Source: an uncultured Bacillales bacterium
Lineage (GTDB): Bacteria; Bacillota_I; Bacilli_A; RFN20; CAG-449
DNA length: 64,000 bases
Assembly: GCA_946641515.1 (NCBI GenBank)
Contig: CAMPBT010000002.1
Coordinates: forward strand, 129,471-193,470
Direction of reading: 5' to 3'
Shown: positions 46,075 through 56,746 of the stretch, in pieces
Layout: every line of letters begins with the position of its first letter
How positions within the stretch are numbered: the stretch's first letter is position 1
Made by a program: the position numbers and the translations under genes
The notes under the pieces: generated by a model
Databases searched by the model: none
What the model saw: only the letters and a program-made list of their open reading frames with translations
What the model was told of the DNA's origin: nothing

Positions 46075-48279
46075 TTAATAATCTTCATATGGATCAACAT
46101 CTATTTGTATAGAAAGGTTCTTTCGTTTATTAGAGATTTGGATTAAATCTTCTAGTATAGGTTTAACGATAGAATACTTCTTATATTTGATCATGATCTT
46201 ACGATAGAATTTGCCATTTACTTGAGTTAAGAATGGTTCACTTGGGCCAAGCACATCAACATCAAGTGAAGCAAATTTTGCAACCAAATATTTTTTTAGA
46301 TAATCCGCTCCATCAATAACAACATCTTCATCGCTAGAAGAAATCTTAATTAATGTTAAATATCTATATGGAGGATATTGACCTGCTTTTCGATATGGCA
46401 TTTCTTGGTTAAAGAAACGTTGATAATCTTGTTTTGAAGCATCGTAAATTACGTAATTATTTGGTTCATATGTTTGAATAATGGCAAGACCAGGTTTTAA
46501 GTCTCTGCCTGCTCTTCCTACTGCCTGAGTAATTAAGTTAAAGGTTCTTTCTGCAGATCTATATGAAGGAATATTTAATCCTAAGTCTGCAAGAACTACG
46601 CCTACTAAAGTAACATCTTTAAAATCGTGTCCTTTTGCAATCATTTGAGTACCGATTAAAATGTCTGCTTCATGTTTTTCAAAAGCAGTTAAAATCTCAC
46701 TTGTTTTATTACGAATTTGAGTAGTATCCGAATCAAGTCTTAACACCTTTGCACTTGGGAATAATTCCTTAACATTAGTTTCAACTTTTTCTGAACCAAA
46801 GCCAATCTTATAAAACTTAGTATTCTCACATTTTGGACATTTTTTAGGCATATTTGCAACATATCCACAGTGATGGCATTTAAGCATATTATCCTTTTGA
46901 TGGTAGCTTAAAGCAATGGAACAAGTTGGACATTTAAAGGTCATATGACACTTGCTGCACTGAATAAAAGGCGCAAATCCTCTTCTATTAATGAGGAGCA
47001 TTACTTGTTCTTTTTTATCTAATCTATCTTGAATTTGTTCTCTTAAATCAAGTGATAAAATTGTCGATTTTTCATCGATATTTTTATAATCTGACATATT
47101 AACAATTCGAGTTTCTGGAAGTGGTCCAGAATTAATTCTCTTTGTTAAATATAGATGCTTATATAAGCCTTTTAAAGCACGGGTTTCAGTCTCTAAAGAA
47201 GGGGTTGCACTTCCTAAAACAATCTTGCAGTTATGATATTCTTGTCGAAATTCTGCAACTTTAAAAGCATTGTAATAAGGTTGAGATTCTTGTTTATAAG
47301 TCTCAACATGTTCCTCATCAATAATAATTAAGCCTAAATTTTTAATAGGAGCAAAAATTGCACTTCTTGCCCCTACTACAACATTAACTTCACCTCTAGA
47401 AATACGACGATATTCATCATATTTTTCTGCAGGAGTTAATTCTGAATGTAGGATAGCAATATTATCAAATCTTGATTTAAATCTTCTAACCATTTGAACA
47501 GTTAAAGAGATTTCTGGAACAAGTACTAAAACAGATTTTCCTCTTTCGATAAAATCTTCTGCCGCTTGTAAATAAACTTCTGTTTTTCCAGATCCAGTGA
47601 CACCTTGTAATAAATATGTTTTATAGTCTTCATCTAAAATAGAAGATAATGCTCTTTTTTGTTCATCACTTAAGTTTTTCTTTTCAGTCTTTTCCACTTC
47701 TTCTTGAACTAATCTGACTTTTTCTTTTTTTATTATCTCTACTTTCTTCTTTTCAATTAATTTTGGAAGAACTGTAGTTTTTAATGATGATTTTAAAACA
47801 GGTGAATTATCTTTAATTAATCTAAATAATTCTAATTGTTTTGGAGTTAAATCATCTTCATTATCAGTTAATGGTACTAAATAATCATCATATTGAATTT
47901 TAGGTTTAGAAAGTGCTGATTTCTTTGGCTTTAATGATGGAGGTAACATTGTTTGATAAACACTGATTAATGGAGATAAATAATAATCTGCGACTTTTTT
48001 TGCTAATGATTCTAATTCATCATTAAAAATAGGTTCATCATCAATAACCTTAATAATGTCTTTTAATTCAAATGCTAATTCATTTCTTAATTCTTCTTTT
48101 GTTTTATCTACATAAGAAGCATCAATTACATAACCAATAATTTTTCTATTATTAAAAGGCACTAATACTCTAGTTCCTTTCTTTACTACAACATCGCCTT
48201 CATAAGTATAAGAAAAAGGACGATTCAATGTAGAAACGTTGTATTCAATTAGAACACTTAAAATCTGCATATGAGTCAT
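46075..48279 (-). CDS. priA: Primosomal protein N' (replication restart helicase PriA)
   Basis: Walker A LLQGVTGSGKTEVY, DEEH box, and C-terminal Cys cluster CSKCHMTFKCPTC...CHHCG. Confidence 0.9.
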   Translation of the reverse strand: MTHMQILSVLIEYNVSTLNRPFSYTYEGDVVVKKGTRVLVPFNNRKIIGYVIDASYVDKTKEELRNELAFELKDIIKVIDDEPIFNDELESLAKKVADYYLSPLISVYQTMLPPSLKPKKSALSKPKIQYDDYLVPLTDNEDDLTPKQLELFRLIKDNSPVLKSSLKTTVLPKLIEKKKVEIIKKEKVRLVQEEVEKTEKKNLSDEQKRALSSILDEDYKTYLLQGVTGSGKTEVYLQAAEDFIERGKSVLVLVPEISLTVQMVRRFKSRFDNIAILHSELTPAEKYDEYRRISRGEVNVVVGARSAIFAPIKNLGLIIIDEEHVETYKQESQPYYNAFKVAEFRQEYHNCKIVLGSATPSLETETRALKGLYKHLYLTKRINSGPLPETRIVNMSDYKNIDEKSTILSLDLREQIQDRLDKKEQVMLLINRRGFAPFIQCSKCHMTFKCPTCSIALSYHQKDNMLKCHHCGYVANMPKKCPKCENTKFYKIGFGSEKVETNVKELFPSAKVLRLDSDTTQIRNKTSEILTAFEKHEADILIGTQMIAKGHDFKDVTLVGVVLADLGLNIPSYRSAERTFNLITQAVGRAGRDLKPGLAIIQTYEPNNYVIYDASKQDYQRFFNQEMPYRKAGQYPPYRYLTLIKISSSDEDVVIDGADYLKKYLVAKFASLDVDVLGPSEPFLTQVNGKFYRKIMIKYKKYSIVKPILEDLIQISNKRKNLSIQIDVDPYEDY

Positions 48280-48313
48280 CCTTTCTTAATATCTATAATA
48301 GATTATACATTAA

Positions 48314-48886
48314 TTAAAGACGGTTTTTAATAATATCACGAATTTCTTTTGCTGCTCTTTTAACATCATCATTCATAACGTTGTACTGATATTCTGGAGC
48401 TAAATCAATTTCACTTCTTGCTTTAGAAAGTCTAGCGCGAACTATTTCTTCAGGTTCAGTTCTTCTTCCTCTAATTCTTGCTTCTAATTCTTCCATTGAT
48501 GGTGGGAGAAGGAAAATAGAAACTACTCTATCATCATCTTGGAATTTTTCTAAGACTTGTTTTGCACCTTGAACTTCAATTTCAAGGAAGACATTTTTAC
48601 CTTCATTTCTTAATGTTTCAACATATCTTCTAGGAGTTCCGTAATAGTTATCGACAAATTGAGCATGTTCTAAGAATTCTCCATCCTTAATGCCTTTTTC
48701 GAAAACTTGTTTTGATACGAAGAAATAATCTACACCTTCAACTTCCTTTTCTCTAGGGAGTCTAGTAGTCATAGAAATTGAATAACAAAGATTTAGAGAT
48801 TTATCATTAAATACTAGTTTTCTTACAGTGCCTTTACCAACACCTGAAGGACCAGAAAGAACAATTAATAAACCTTTTTTTGCCAT
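48314..48886 (-). CDS. gmk: Guanylate kinase
   Basis: LLIVLSGPSGVGKGT P-loop and GMP-binding residues. Confidence 0.9.
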   Translation of the reverse strand: MAKKGLLIVLSGPSGVGKGTVRKLVFNDKSLNLCYSISMTTRLPREKEVEGVDYFFVSKQVFEKGIKDGEFLEHAQFVDNYYGTPRRYVETLRNEGKNVFLEIEVQGAKQVLEKFQDDDRVVSIFLLPPSMEELEARIRGRRTEPEEIVRARLSKARSEIDLAPEYQYNVMNDDVKRAAKEIRDIIKNRL

Positions 48887-49042
48887 ACATTATCACTCCT
48901 ATTTAACATATATTGTTAATATTTTAATCACATATTTTATAATTTAAAAGCAAAATTGCGTTTTTTATTATTTTTATTGAAAATAGGTTTATTTTTTAGG
49001 AGTTTTGTACAAAATATGGTAATATTTTATAGGTGAAAACTT

Positions 49043-50623
49043 ATGGCAATATCAAATTTTACATTAAATCGTATCTTTAACGAATATCACGATCGCTTAA
49101 TTAATACAAAAATCAGTAAGATAGTTAAAATCTCTGAATATGATTTTTCTTTCTTCTTATTTTCTAATAAACAAGAAAGCTTAATCATCTCTTTAGAACC
49201 TATCCATCCTTACTTAGTTATCTCTTCTTCATATTTTAAAGTAATTCAGGAAACTACTCCTTTCATTGCAAATATTAAGAAGTATTTTGAAGGTGGAACT
49301 ATTTTAAATTTTGAAAAATTACCTAACGATAGAGTAATGATTTTTACTATTAAGAAACTAACACCTACTTACCAAACGCTCATTTCTAAATTAGTCATCT
49401 ATCTTATTCCACATATGACTAATGCAATTATTACTGATGAAAATGATGTAATTATTGATGTAATGAGAAAATCTGCTTCTCTTGAAGATAAAAATCCACT
49501 TTTAAGAGGAGTTAAATTTAGATTTGAAGAATCTGAAAATAAAGATATTACTTTAGAAGATGATATTGAATCAATTAGAACTAAAATTGGTAATACAACT
49601 TATCAAGATATTCTTAAACGTGTTAATGATGGGGAAAATATTAAAGATATCATCAATGAAGGTTTATCTTCTAAAACATATTATGCATATAAGAATGATA
49701 TCTTATCTCTACCTTTAAAATATCAAGAATGCCAAGAAATTGATTTAGAATCTCTTTCTAAAATCTACGAAGAAAAAGCAGAGACAAAATTTAAAAAAGA
49801 TCATTTCGATTTAGTTTTTAAAACTGTCGAACATAAATTAAAAGGTTTAAGAAAAAAACTTATTAATTTAGATAAAGATGTTAAAAAGAACCAAATTAGA
49901 AGTGATTATGTAGAAATTGGTAATCTTCTTTTTATGGGACAAGATTTATATGTCAAAGGATCTTCTTCTATTAATATCGAAGGAGTAGAAATTAAACTTG
50001 ATCCTACATTAGATTTAAATGCAAATGCAAAAAAATATTTCAAACTATATCAAAAATCTAAAACTGCATTAGTAGAACTTGAAAAACAAAAAGAATTAAC
50101 TCGTGAAAAAGTTGAATTCTTTGAACAAATTGATTCTCAACTTCCTTTTGCAACTGTTGAAGATATGGATGATATTATTGAAGAACTTAAAAATGAAGGC
50201 TATATCAAAGATACTGCAAAAAAGAAACCTAACAACAAAAAGAAACAGCCTAAAGTTTATAATCCTCATTATATAACTGCTTCAACAGGAGAAAAGATTG
50301 GCTTTGGTTTATCTTCATATCAAAATGAATATTTAACATTCACTTTAGCAAGAAAGAATCATTATTTTTTACACGTTAAAGATACTCCAGGTCCTCATGT
50401 AGTTATCTTTTCTGACAATCCTTCTAAAGAGGCTATTCTTCTTGCCTCTGAAAGCGCACTATATTTTGCCTCTTTACATGGAGGAGAAATATATTTACTC
50501 GATGTTAAAGATGTTAAAAAGATTCCAGGAAAACGTGGAAAAGTTTCTTTCACAAATTATGATGTAATCTCTCTTGATCACATTCGTGAAGAAAGTATTG
50601 AATTATTTAAAAATGCAAAATAA
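49043..50623 (+). CDS. rqcH: NFACT-family ribosome quality control protein RqcH (FbpA-like)
   Basis: NFACT-N start, coiled-coil middle, and C-terminal NFACT-R/DUF814 (FLHVKDTPGPHVVIF). Location near gmk as in B. subtilis yloA. Confidence 0.7.
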   Translation: MAISNFTLNRIFNEYHDRLINTKISKIVKISEYDFSFFLFSNKQESLIISLEPIHPYLVISSSYFKVIQETTPFIANIKKYFEGGTILNFEKLPNDRVMIFTIKKLTPTYQTLISKLVIYLIPHMTNAIITDENDVIIDVMRKSASLEDKNPLLRGVKFRFEESENKDITLEDDIESIRTKIGNTTYQDILKRVNDGENIKDIINEGLSSKTYYAYKNDILSLPLKYQECQEIDLESLSKIYEEKAETKFKKDHFDLVFKTVEHKLKGLRKKLINLDKDVKKNQIRSDYVEIGNLLFMGQDLYVKGSSSINIEGVEIKLDPTLDLNANAKKYFKLYQKSKTALVELEKQKELTREKVEFFEQIDSQLPFATVEDMDDIIEELKNEGYIKDTAKKKPNNKKKQPKVYNPHYITASTGEKIGFGLSSYQNEYLTFTLARKNHYFLHVKDTPGPHVVIFSDNPSKEAILLASESALYFASLHGGEIYLLDVKDVKKIPGKRGKVSFTNYDVISLDHIREESIELFKNAK

Positions 50624-50644
50624 AAGACTCATTTGAGTCTTTTT

Positions 50645-51136
50645 TCATTCTATATAAGTATCAATCCAACTATTTAAAGTACCTGTATAACCAATTTCAT
50701 AACGAACAATATTTCCATTTTCTATAAGTAAAGTTATCGGTCTTTTAATTGAAATAAAACCATCTTTTGTACTAAAGAAATCCATTTCTTCTTTAGTATA
50801 ATTTTTGAATTCTTTTATTTCTTCTTGAGTAACACTATCTTTATCCACTTTTGCGGCGTATAGCTTAAATTTCTTATTTTTCAAAATATATGGAATAGAT
50901 TCTTCTTCAATCTTTTGACAATAAGAACAACTTTCTGAATATAAGAATGATAAGAAAGTATCTTTATTTTTTATTTTCTCTACAATATTTGATAATGTAC
51001 TTTCAGTCCACTTTTCATCTTCATTTTTTTCAATAATTACTTTATGATCTGGTATTTCATAATTAACTCTATTGCAAGATACAAGTGAAAAAACAGTAAA
51101 GAAGCATAAGATACTACTTTTTATTAACTTCTTCAT
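50645..51136 (-). CDS. Thioredoxin-fold lipoprotein (CxxC)
   Basis: Lipobox LVSC and a CSYC active-site-like motif. Confidence 0.5.
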   Translation of the reverse strand: MKKLIKSSILCFFTVFSLVSCNRVNYEIPDHKVIIEKNEDEKWTESTLSNIVEKIKNKDTFLSFLYSESCSYCQKIEEESIPYILKNKKFKLYAAKVDKDSVTQEEIKEFKNYTKEEMDFFSTKDGFISIKRPITLLIENGNIVRYEIGYTGTLNSWIDTYIE

Positions 51137-51638
51137 TAAGGAAGTTTTCTCCTTTGATAGTTTCAAAAGTCGCTAAACGATAGAAGTCTTGTTGTCTTGC
51201 TGCTTCATAGGTAACGATTGCAACAGAATTTGATAAGTTTAAGCTTCTTGCATTAATTACCATTGGAATACGTGCTAAGTGATCTTCATGTCCTCTTAAG
51301 ATATCGTGGTCAATACCTGTTGATTCTCTTCCAAACATAAAATAATAATCTTTAGAAGGATTTGAATAATCATATGCAGTATATGGAGTAGTCGCGTATC
51401 TAGTAATATAGAAAATTTCTGCATCTTTATTCTTTTCATAGAATTCTTCTACATTTTCATAAACTGTGATATCTACATCATCAATATAATCCATAGAGGC
51501 TCTTAAGACTGATTTATCTTCAATATCAAATCCTAATGGTTTGATTAAGTGTAATCTTCCTCCTAACGCCATAGTAGTACGGATAATATTACCTGTATTT
51601 TGAGGTATTTCTGGTTGGTATAAAACAATATTAATCAT
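51114..51638 (-). CDS. trmL: tRNA (cytidine/uridine-2'-O)-methyltransferase TrmL (SpoU family)
   Basis: MINIVLYQPEIPQNTGNIIRT...SLN.S; SPOUT fold size. Confidence 0.8.
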   Translation of the reverse strand: MINIVLYQPEIPQNTGNIIRTTMALGGRLHLIKPLGFDIEDKSVLRASMDYIDDVDITVYENVEEFYEKNKDAEIFYITRYATTPYTAYDYSNPSKDYYFMFGRESTGIDHDILRGHEDHLARIPMVINARSLNLSNSVAIVTYEAARQQDFYRLATFETIKGENFLNEEVNKK

Positions 51639-51646
51639 ATAATCTC

Positions 51647-51952
51647 CTAATATGCACTTAGTTCATCTTCAAAATCTTCTACCCAAGATTGGATTTCCAA
51701 GTAATTTAAATAGCTTATTTCTTCATACAGTTTTTCTACTGCAGTACGAATGAATTTTAAGCAGCTTTCAACTTCTTTTAAATCATACATATAAACAGTC
51801 TCGGTACAAACATCAAAAATCTCAAGATTAATTGAGTACTGATCTATTATCTCCTGTTTATTCTTTCTTTTTTCTACAACTAAAGTTGCAAAATCTTCAA
51901 AGTCAAATTTAACTACTTGATTGACATGAGTTGTCTTTTTTTGTTCCCACAT
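51647..51952 (-). CDS. Hypothetical 101-aa acidic protein
   Basis: ORF with no assignable motif. Confidence 0.4.
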   Translation of the reverse strand: MWEQKKTTHVNQVVKFDFEDFATLVVEKRKNKQEIIDQYSINLEIFDVCTETVYMYDLKEVESCLKFIRTAVEKLYEEISYLNYLEIQSWVEDFEDELSAY

Positions 51953-51969
51953 AGAATCTCCCTCCTAAT

Positions 51970-52416
51970 CTATAATGAGCTTTTGAATTTAAATTTTATT
52001 TCATCCTTATATGCTTCGATAATTAAATAAGTTCCATCACTTCCATCCCTAGGTCTAGATGTTGAACCAGGATTAACAAAATAATAACCATTAACTTCTT
52101 CTAGTTTATGGATATGAGTATGGCCATATAAATATACTTTACAGTCATGTTCTTTAAGAAACTCAATATTTCCTCTTCCATGAATATGTCCATGTTCACA
52201 CCATATTTTACCATATGGAGTTTCGATAGTTCTATATAAAGGATAATCTATAAAATAATCACAATTTCCTTTAACAGAAATAAATGAATCCATCATATAT
52301 TCTGGTAAACACGAATCTCCCAAGTGAATATATACATCACAATCAGGATTATCGAATCTGATTTTTTCTAAAATATCTATATCTCCATGAGAATCACTTA
52401 CTACACAAATTTTCAT
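51970..52416 (-). CDS. YfcE-like metallophosphoesterase
   Basis: VVSDSHGD, HLGD and GHTH motifs. Confidence 0.8.
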   Translation of the reverse strand: MKICVVSDSHGDIDILEKIRFDNPDCDVYIHLGDSCLPEYMMDSFISVKGNCDYFIDYPLYRTIETPYGKIWCEHGHIHGRGNIEFLKEHDCKVYLYGHTHIHKLEEVNGYYFVNPGSTSRPRDGSDGTYLIIEAYKDEIKFKFKSSL

Positions 52417-52424
52417 ATATTATT

Positions 52425-52455
52425 CCATAAAATAAGCCGCAAATTAATGCGGCTA
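52425..52455 (-). terminator. Rho-independent terminator after the acidic-protein gene
   Basis: AGCCGCA-AATTAA-TGCGGCT followed by a U-run on the minus strand. Confidence 0.65.
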
Positions 52456-52459
52456 ATAA

Positions 52460-53422
52460 TTAATCTTCATCTTCGATATCTTTTTGTTCTGGATTTGAAT
52501 AGTCAACAACTGTATATCTTGCTTTCTTTTGAGTATCTTTTCCTTCACATGCCATATCGATTAATGTCTTGGCTTTTCTTACCGCTAGAGGTGTTCTAAC
52601 TTTTACGACTAATGGTACCATTGCAAATCTCTTTTTAGATGATGCATCTCTTTGATGGTAAATAGCAGAGTCTACTGAAAGAGGATCTAACGCTAAATAA
52701 ACTTTAAGTCCTTTACCTGCGACAACAACTTTACCAATAATATCGTAACCATGTCTAAATGTTTCACATGATTTTGTTCTTCTTGCTTTAACTTTGCGGA
52801 AAGATAAGAATTCATTCTTAATTTCTGAATATTGTTCTCTTAAGACTTCACCAGCATCATATAAACGTTGTTCAAATGTTTTGCCTGGATATTTTTCTTT
52901 TAAAGAAATCTTTTCAACTTCTTCAGAACCTTCTTCGCTTTCTTCTTCCTCTTCGCCTTCAGAATCTTCTTCATCATTTAATTCTTCAACAGGAGTAGGA
53001 ATGATTTCAACATCTTCATTTTCTTCTAAAGGTGCTGTTTCTTCATCAAGTTCTTCTACTGGTTCTGGAAGTTCTTCTTTTAAAGGTTCTTCTACCGGTG
53101 CTTCTTCTACTTTAGCCTCTACTGGTGTTTCTTCTACTACTGGTTCTAAAGTAGGAGCAGTTTCAACTACTGGAGAAGGTTTTTCTACAGCAGGAGCTTT
53201 TCTAACTGGTTTATTTACAACTGGAGATTTTACTTCATAAATACCATCTAAAGTTGGTTCATCTGGTACTTCTAATTCTTTTCCATCAAGTTCAACAAGT
53301 AAAACTTTTCCACGATGTCCATTTCTTTCAACAACATATAATTCTCCTAGTACTAAATCTGGAAGAACTAATTCTAATGGTGTTTCATCTTTTACACCAT
53401 TTGGTCTTTTTTCATCTGCCAT
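52460..53422 (-). CDS. Hypothetical protein with long acidic Pro/Glu-rich disordered linker between two small folded domains
   Basis: 320 aa. Central ~120 aa is rich in P, E and V repeats (PVEAKVEEAPVEEPLKEELPEPVEEL...EEEEESEEGSEE). RBS present. Confidence 0.55.
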   Translation of the reverse strand: MADEKRPNGVKDETPLELVLPDLVLGELYVVERNGHRGKVLLVELDGKELEVPDEPTLDGIYEVKSPVVNKPVRKAPAVEKPSPVVETAPTLEPVVEETPVEAKVEEAPVEEPLKEELPEPVEELDEETAPLEENEDVEIIPTPVEELNDEEDSEGEEEEESEEGSEEVEKISLKEKYPGKTFEQRLYDAGEVLREQYSEIKNEFLSFRKVKARRTKSCETFRHGYDIIGKVVVAGKGLKVYLALDPLSVDSAIYHQRDASSKKRFAMVPLVVKVRTPLAVRKAKTLIDMACEGKDTQKKARYTVVDYSNPEQKDIEDED

Positions 53423-53638
53423 ATGGAATCTCCTTTTTTAAATTATAATTAATGTTTTTATTATATAAGTCTATATCCTTAATTATTATTATATTTGTAA
53501 AAATCTAAATAAACAATACCAAGAGGGGAGTTTTTATACAAAATCCCCCACATTTTTCTTATTTTTTATAGTTTTATTAAAACTCTATAATATACATTTC
53601 ATAGGAAATGGTATACTATTTTTATAGGGGTCTATCAT

Positions 53639-55015
53639 ATGAATAAACAGAAGAAATTTAAATTCTATTTTTCTCTAGTACTATTTTCATTACTTGGTCA
53701 AATTTCATGGGTAATAGAAAATATGTATTTTAACGTCTTTATTACAGAAGAATTCTCTGCAAGTGCAAGTGATGTTGCATTAATGGTTTCTGCTTCTGCA
53801 ATAGTTGCCACTCTTACCACTTTATTAATTGGTTCTTTATCTGACAAAATAGGTAAAAGAAAAATTTTTATTTGGCTTGGTTATATAGCTTGGGGTTTAT
53901 CAATTTGTGCCTTTGCACTTCTAAATGTAGAAAACTTAAGTAAGCTTGTAGGCTCAACTACTAGTGCATGTGCTTTAGGTATTGGTTTAACTATTGTCGG
54001 TGACTGTGTAATGACATTATTTGGTTCTACTTCTAACGATGCTTGTTTTAATGCTTGGTTAACTGATTCTACCGATAATTCTAATCGTGGAAAAATTGAA
54101 GGTATTAATTCAATGATGCCATTAGTGGCAATTTTAATTGTCTTTGGTTTCCTTGCTTCTTTTGCTAAACATGGTTCATGGTGGTTACTATATTTAATCA
54201 TTGGTATATTAACAATGTTCACCGGTTTTATTGGTCTATTTGTTATTGATGAAAGCAATGTTAAGTCCTCGAAAGATGAAAAATATTTTAAAAGAATTAT
54301 ATTCGGATTTAAGATTTCTTCAATTAAAGAAAATAAAACTCTATATTTAACTTATTTATCATTTTGTATTATGGGTATTGCTACTCAAATTTATATGACT
54401 TATTTAATTACATATCTAAAAGTCTATGTACCTGGAACTACTTTAGGTTTTGATACTTATGTTCTTGTTATGGCTCCTGCAATAATAATTGCTGCTATAG
54501 CAACCTTCTTCTACTCAAGACTTTATGATAAATATCATTTTAAAAAAGCTATTGTTCCTGCATTAGGACTTGTTTTGAGCGGCTTAGTACTTCTATCATT
54601 TACTTTCTTAACTACTAATATTGTTTTAATTTTCTTTGGAGCGGTTTTCTTGTTATCTGGTTATTTATGCTCTACTGCAGTATTCAACGCTAAAATGAGA
54701 GACTTAACTCCTGAAGATAAAGTTGGATCATTCCAAGGCATTAAAATGTTCGCGCAAGTTCTTTTGCCAATGTTAATTGGTCCTTGGATTGGTGCAGCAG
54801 CAGTTTCTGGCAACTTCTCTTACAACATTGAAAATGTTCTAGTACCAGAATCTTATGCTTATACTCCTTCTCCTGCAATATTTATTGCAGCAACTATTGT
54901 AATAATATTATGTATTATTTCTTTAATACCTCTATTTAAAAGTGATAAAAGTTGCTCTTTTCTAAAGAATAATGCTGATATAAAATTAAAAACACAAGGC
55001 AATAAAAATGAATAA
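53639..55015 (+). CDS. MFS transporter (glycoside/cation symporter-like)
   Basis: 12 TM helices with MFS-type loop motifs (SDKIGKRK). Confidence 0.7.
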   Translation: MNKQKKFKFYFSLVLFSLLGQISWVIENMYFNVFITEEFSASASDVALMVSASAIVATLTTLLIGSLSDKIGKRKIFIWLGYIAWGLSICAFALLNVENLSKLVGSTTSACALGIGLTIVGDCVMTLFGSTSNDACFNAWLTDSTDNSNRGKIEGINSMMPLVAILIVFGFLASFAKHGSWWLLYLIIGILTMFTGFIGLFVIDESNVKSSKDEKYFKRIIFGFKISSIKENKTLYLTYLSFCIMGIATQIYMTYLITYLKVYVPGTTLGFDTYVLVMAPAIIIAAIATFFYSRLYDKYHFKKAIVPALGLVLSGLVLLSFTFLTTNIVLIFFGAVFLLSGYLCSTAVFNAKMRDLTPEDKVGSFQGIKMFAQVLLPMLIGPWIGAAAVSGNFSYNIENVLVPESYAYTPSPAIFIAATIVIILCIISLIPLFKSDKSCSFLKNNADIKLKTQGNKNE

Positions 55016-56732
55016 GAAAAAGCAAAGACAAATTTTAACTTTAGATGATAAACCTTTAGCAAAGGTTCCTTTAAAAGAATATCCTCGTCCTCAATTTGTA
55101 AGAGATTCTTACATTTGTTTTAATGGTGAATGGGATTTTGAAATCTCTTCTTATTGTGGTTTACCTACTAAATATAACCGTAAAATTATCGTTCCTTTTG
55201 TTCCTGAAAGTTTATTATCTGGAGTTAATACTTATATTAATAAAGGTGAATTTATTTTCTATAGAAAAAAATTTAATTTATCTAAGAAATTCGTTAAAGA
55301 TTTAGTCTTTTTACACATTGATGCTTCTGACCAATTTACTGACGTTTATATTAATGGTCATCACGTTGCGTCTCACTCAGAAGGTTATTTACCTTTAACT
55401 AGTGAAATTCACTCATTTATTAAATACAAAGATAACGAACTAGTTATTAGAGTTAGAGATGATTTATCAAAAGTTATTCCATATGGCAAACAAAGTGAAA
55501 AGAGTCACGGCATGTGGTACACCAAATTCACTGGCATTTGGAAATCTGTTTGGCTTGAATCTGTTAACATTAAACATTTTGAAAATCTTCAAATTCGTAC
55601 AAATTTAGAAGCAGTTAGAATTAGATCAAATGGTATTGGAGATAATAAAAAAGTTATTATTCATACAGAAGAGGGAGATATCATTAACGATTTTGATGAA
55701 GATATTACTATTAAACTTCCTCATCCTCATTTATGGTCTCCTGACGATCCATATCTATATAATTTTGAATTAATTTCAGATACTGACCACGTTAAATCTT
55801 ATTTTGCATTAAGAACTATTGAAGTGGATAAAAACGATAATTCTAGAATTCTATTTAATGGTAAACCTATCTTCTTCCACGGCTTACTTGATCAAGGTTA
55901 CTGGCCTGATGGAATCGTTACTCCAAAAAGCTACAAATATTTTGAAAAAGAAATTAAAGAATTAAAGGCTTTAGGTTTTAATACTCTACGTAAACATATT
56001 AAAGTTGAACCTTTATATTTCTATTATTTATGCGATAAACTTGGAATGTTTGTTTTCCAAGACATGGTTAATAATAATAAATATAGTATTTTTAAGCATG
56101 GTATCCCTCCAGTAGTCTTTGAAAAAATTCATAAAAAGAACTTTGGTAAGCATGATAATCGTGCCTATAGACAGGCTTTTGCAAAGAGTATGGAAGGTAC
56201 AGTTTCGTTACTATCCAACTCACCTTGTGTAGTATATTACACAATCTTTAATGAAGGATGGGGGCAAACTCATCCTAACAGTTTCTATGAATATATGAAG
56301 CAGCTAAATTTAGGTCCTCTAGTCGACTCTACTTCTGGATGGTATTTCGCAGATAAAAGTGATGTTTATTCTTACCACATTTATTTTAGAAAACTTAAAC
56401 TATATAAAGAAAAAGATATCCGTCCAAAACTCATTTCTGAATTTGGAGGATATGTCTATAAAATTCCAGAGCATTCTTTTAATCTTTATAAGACTTTTGG
56501 ATATAAGATTTTTAAAACTCAAGAAGAGTTCCAAAAAGGATTTAAAGATTTATATATGAACGAAGTTATTCCTTTAATTGACCAAGGATTACAAGGAGCG
56601 ATATATACACAAGTAAGTGATGTTGAAGATGAAACAAACGGTCTATTTACTTACGATAGAAAAGTATTAAAAGTTAACAAAAAAGATTGCTTAGACATCA
56701 AAAAAACTATTGACTCTAAAATTGGTCAATAG
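55008..56732 (+). CDS. Glycoside hydrolase family 2-like protein
   Basis: GH2 sugar-binding-domain pattern (VYINGHHVASHSEGYLPLTSEI) and a TIM-barrel region with NEGWG. Overlaps the MFS gene end. Confidence 0.6.
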   Translation: MNKKKQRQILTLDDKPLAKVPLKEYPRPQFVRDSYICFNGEWDFEISSYCGLPTKYNRKIIVPFVPESLLSGVNTYINKGEFIFYRKKFNLSKKFVKDLVFLHIDASDQFTDVYINGHHVASHSEGYLPLTSEIHSFIKYKDNELVIRVRDDLSKVIPYGKQSEKSHGMWYTKFTGIWKSVWLESVNIKHFENLQIRTNLEAVRIRSNGIGDNKKVIIHTEEGDIINDFDEDITIKLPHPHLWSPDDPYLYNFELISDTDHVKSYFALRTIEVDKNDNSRILFNGKPIFFHGLLDQGYWPDGIVTPKSYKYFEKEIKELKALGFNTLRKHIKVEPLYFYYLCDKLGMFVFQDMVNNNKYSIFKHGIPPVVFEKIHKKNFGKHDNRAYRQAFAKSMEGTVSLLSNSPCVVYYTIFNEGWGQTHPNSFYEYMKQLNLGPLVDSTSGWYFADKSDVYSYHIYFRKLKLYKEKDIRPKLISEFGGYVYKIPEHSFNLYKTFGYKIFKTQEEFQKGFKDLYMNEVIPLIDQGLQGAIYTQVSDVEDETNGLFTYDRKVLKVNKKDCLDIKKTIDSKIGQ

Positions 56733-56746
56733 CCTTTTTTCATAAA

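Noticed and set aside
52794-53448. Ser-rich 148-aa and His/Leu-rich 64-aa plus-strand ORFs
   Set aside because: Antisense frames of the Glu/Pro-rich repeat gene; the complement of GAA/GAG-rich DNA gives Ser/Leu-rich open frames.
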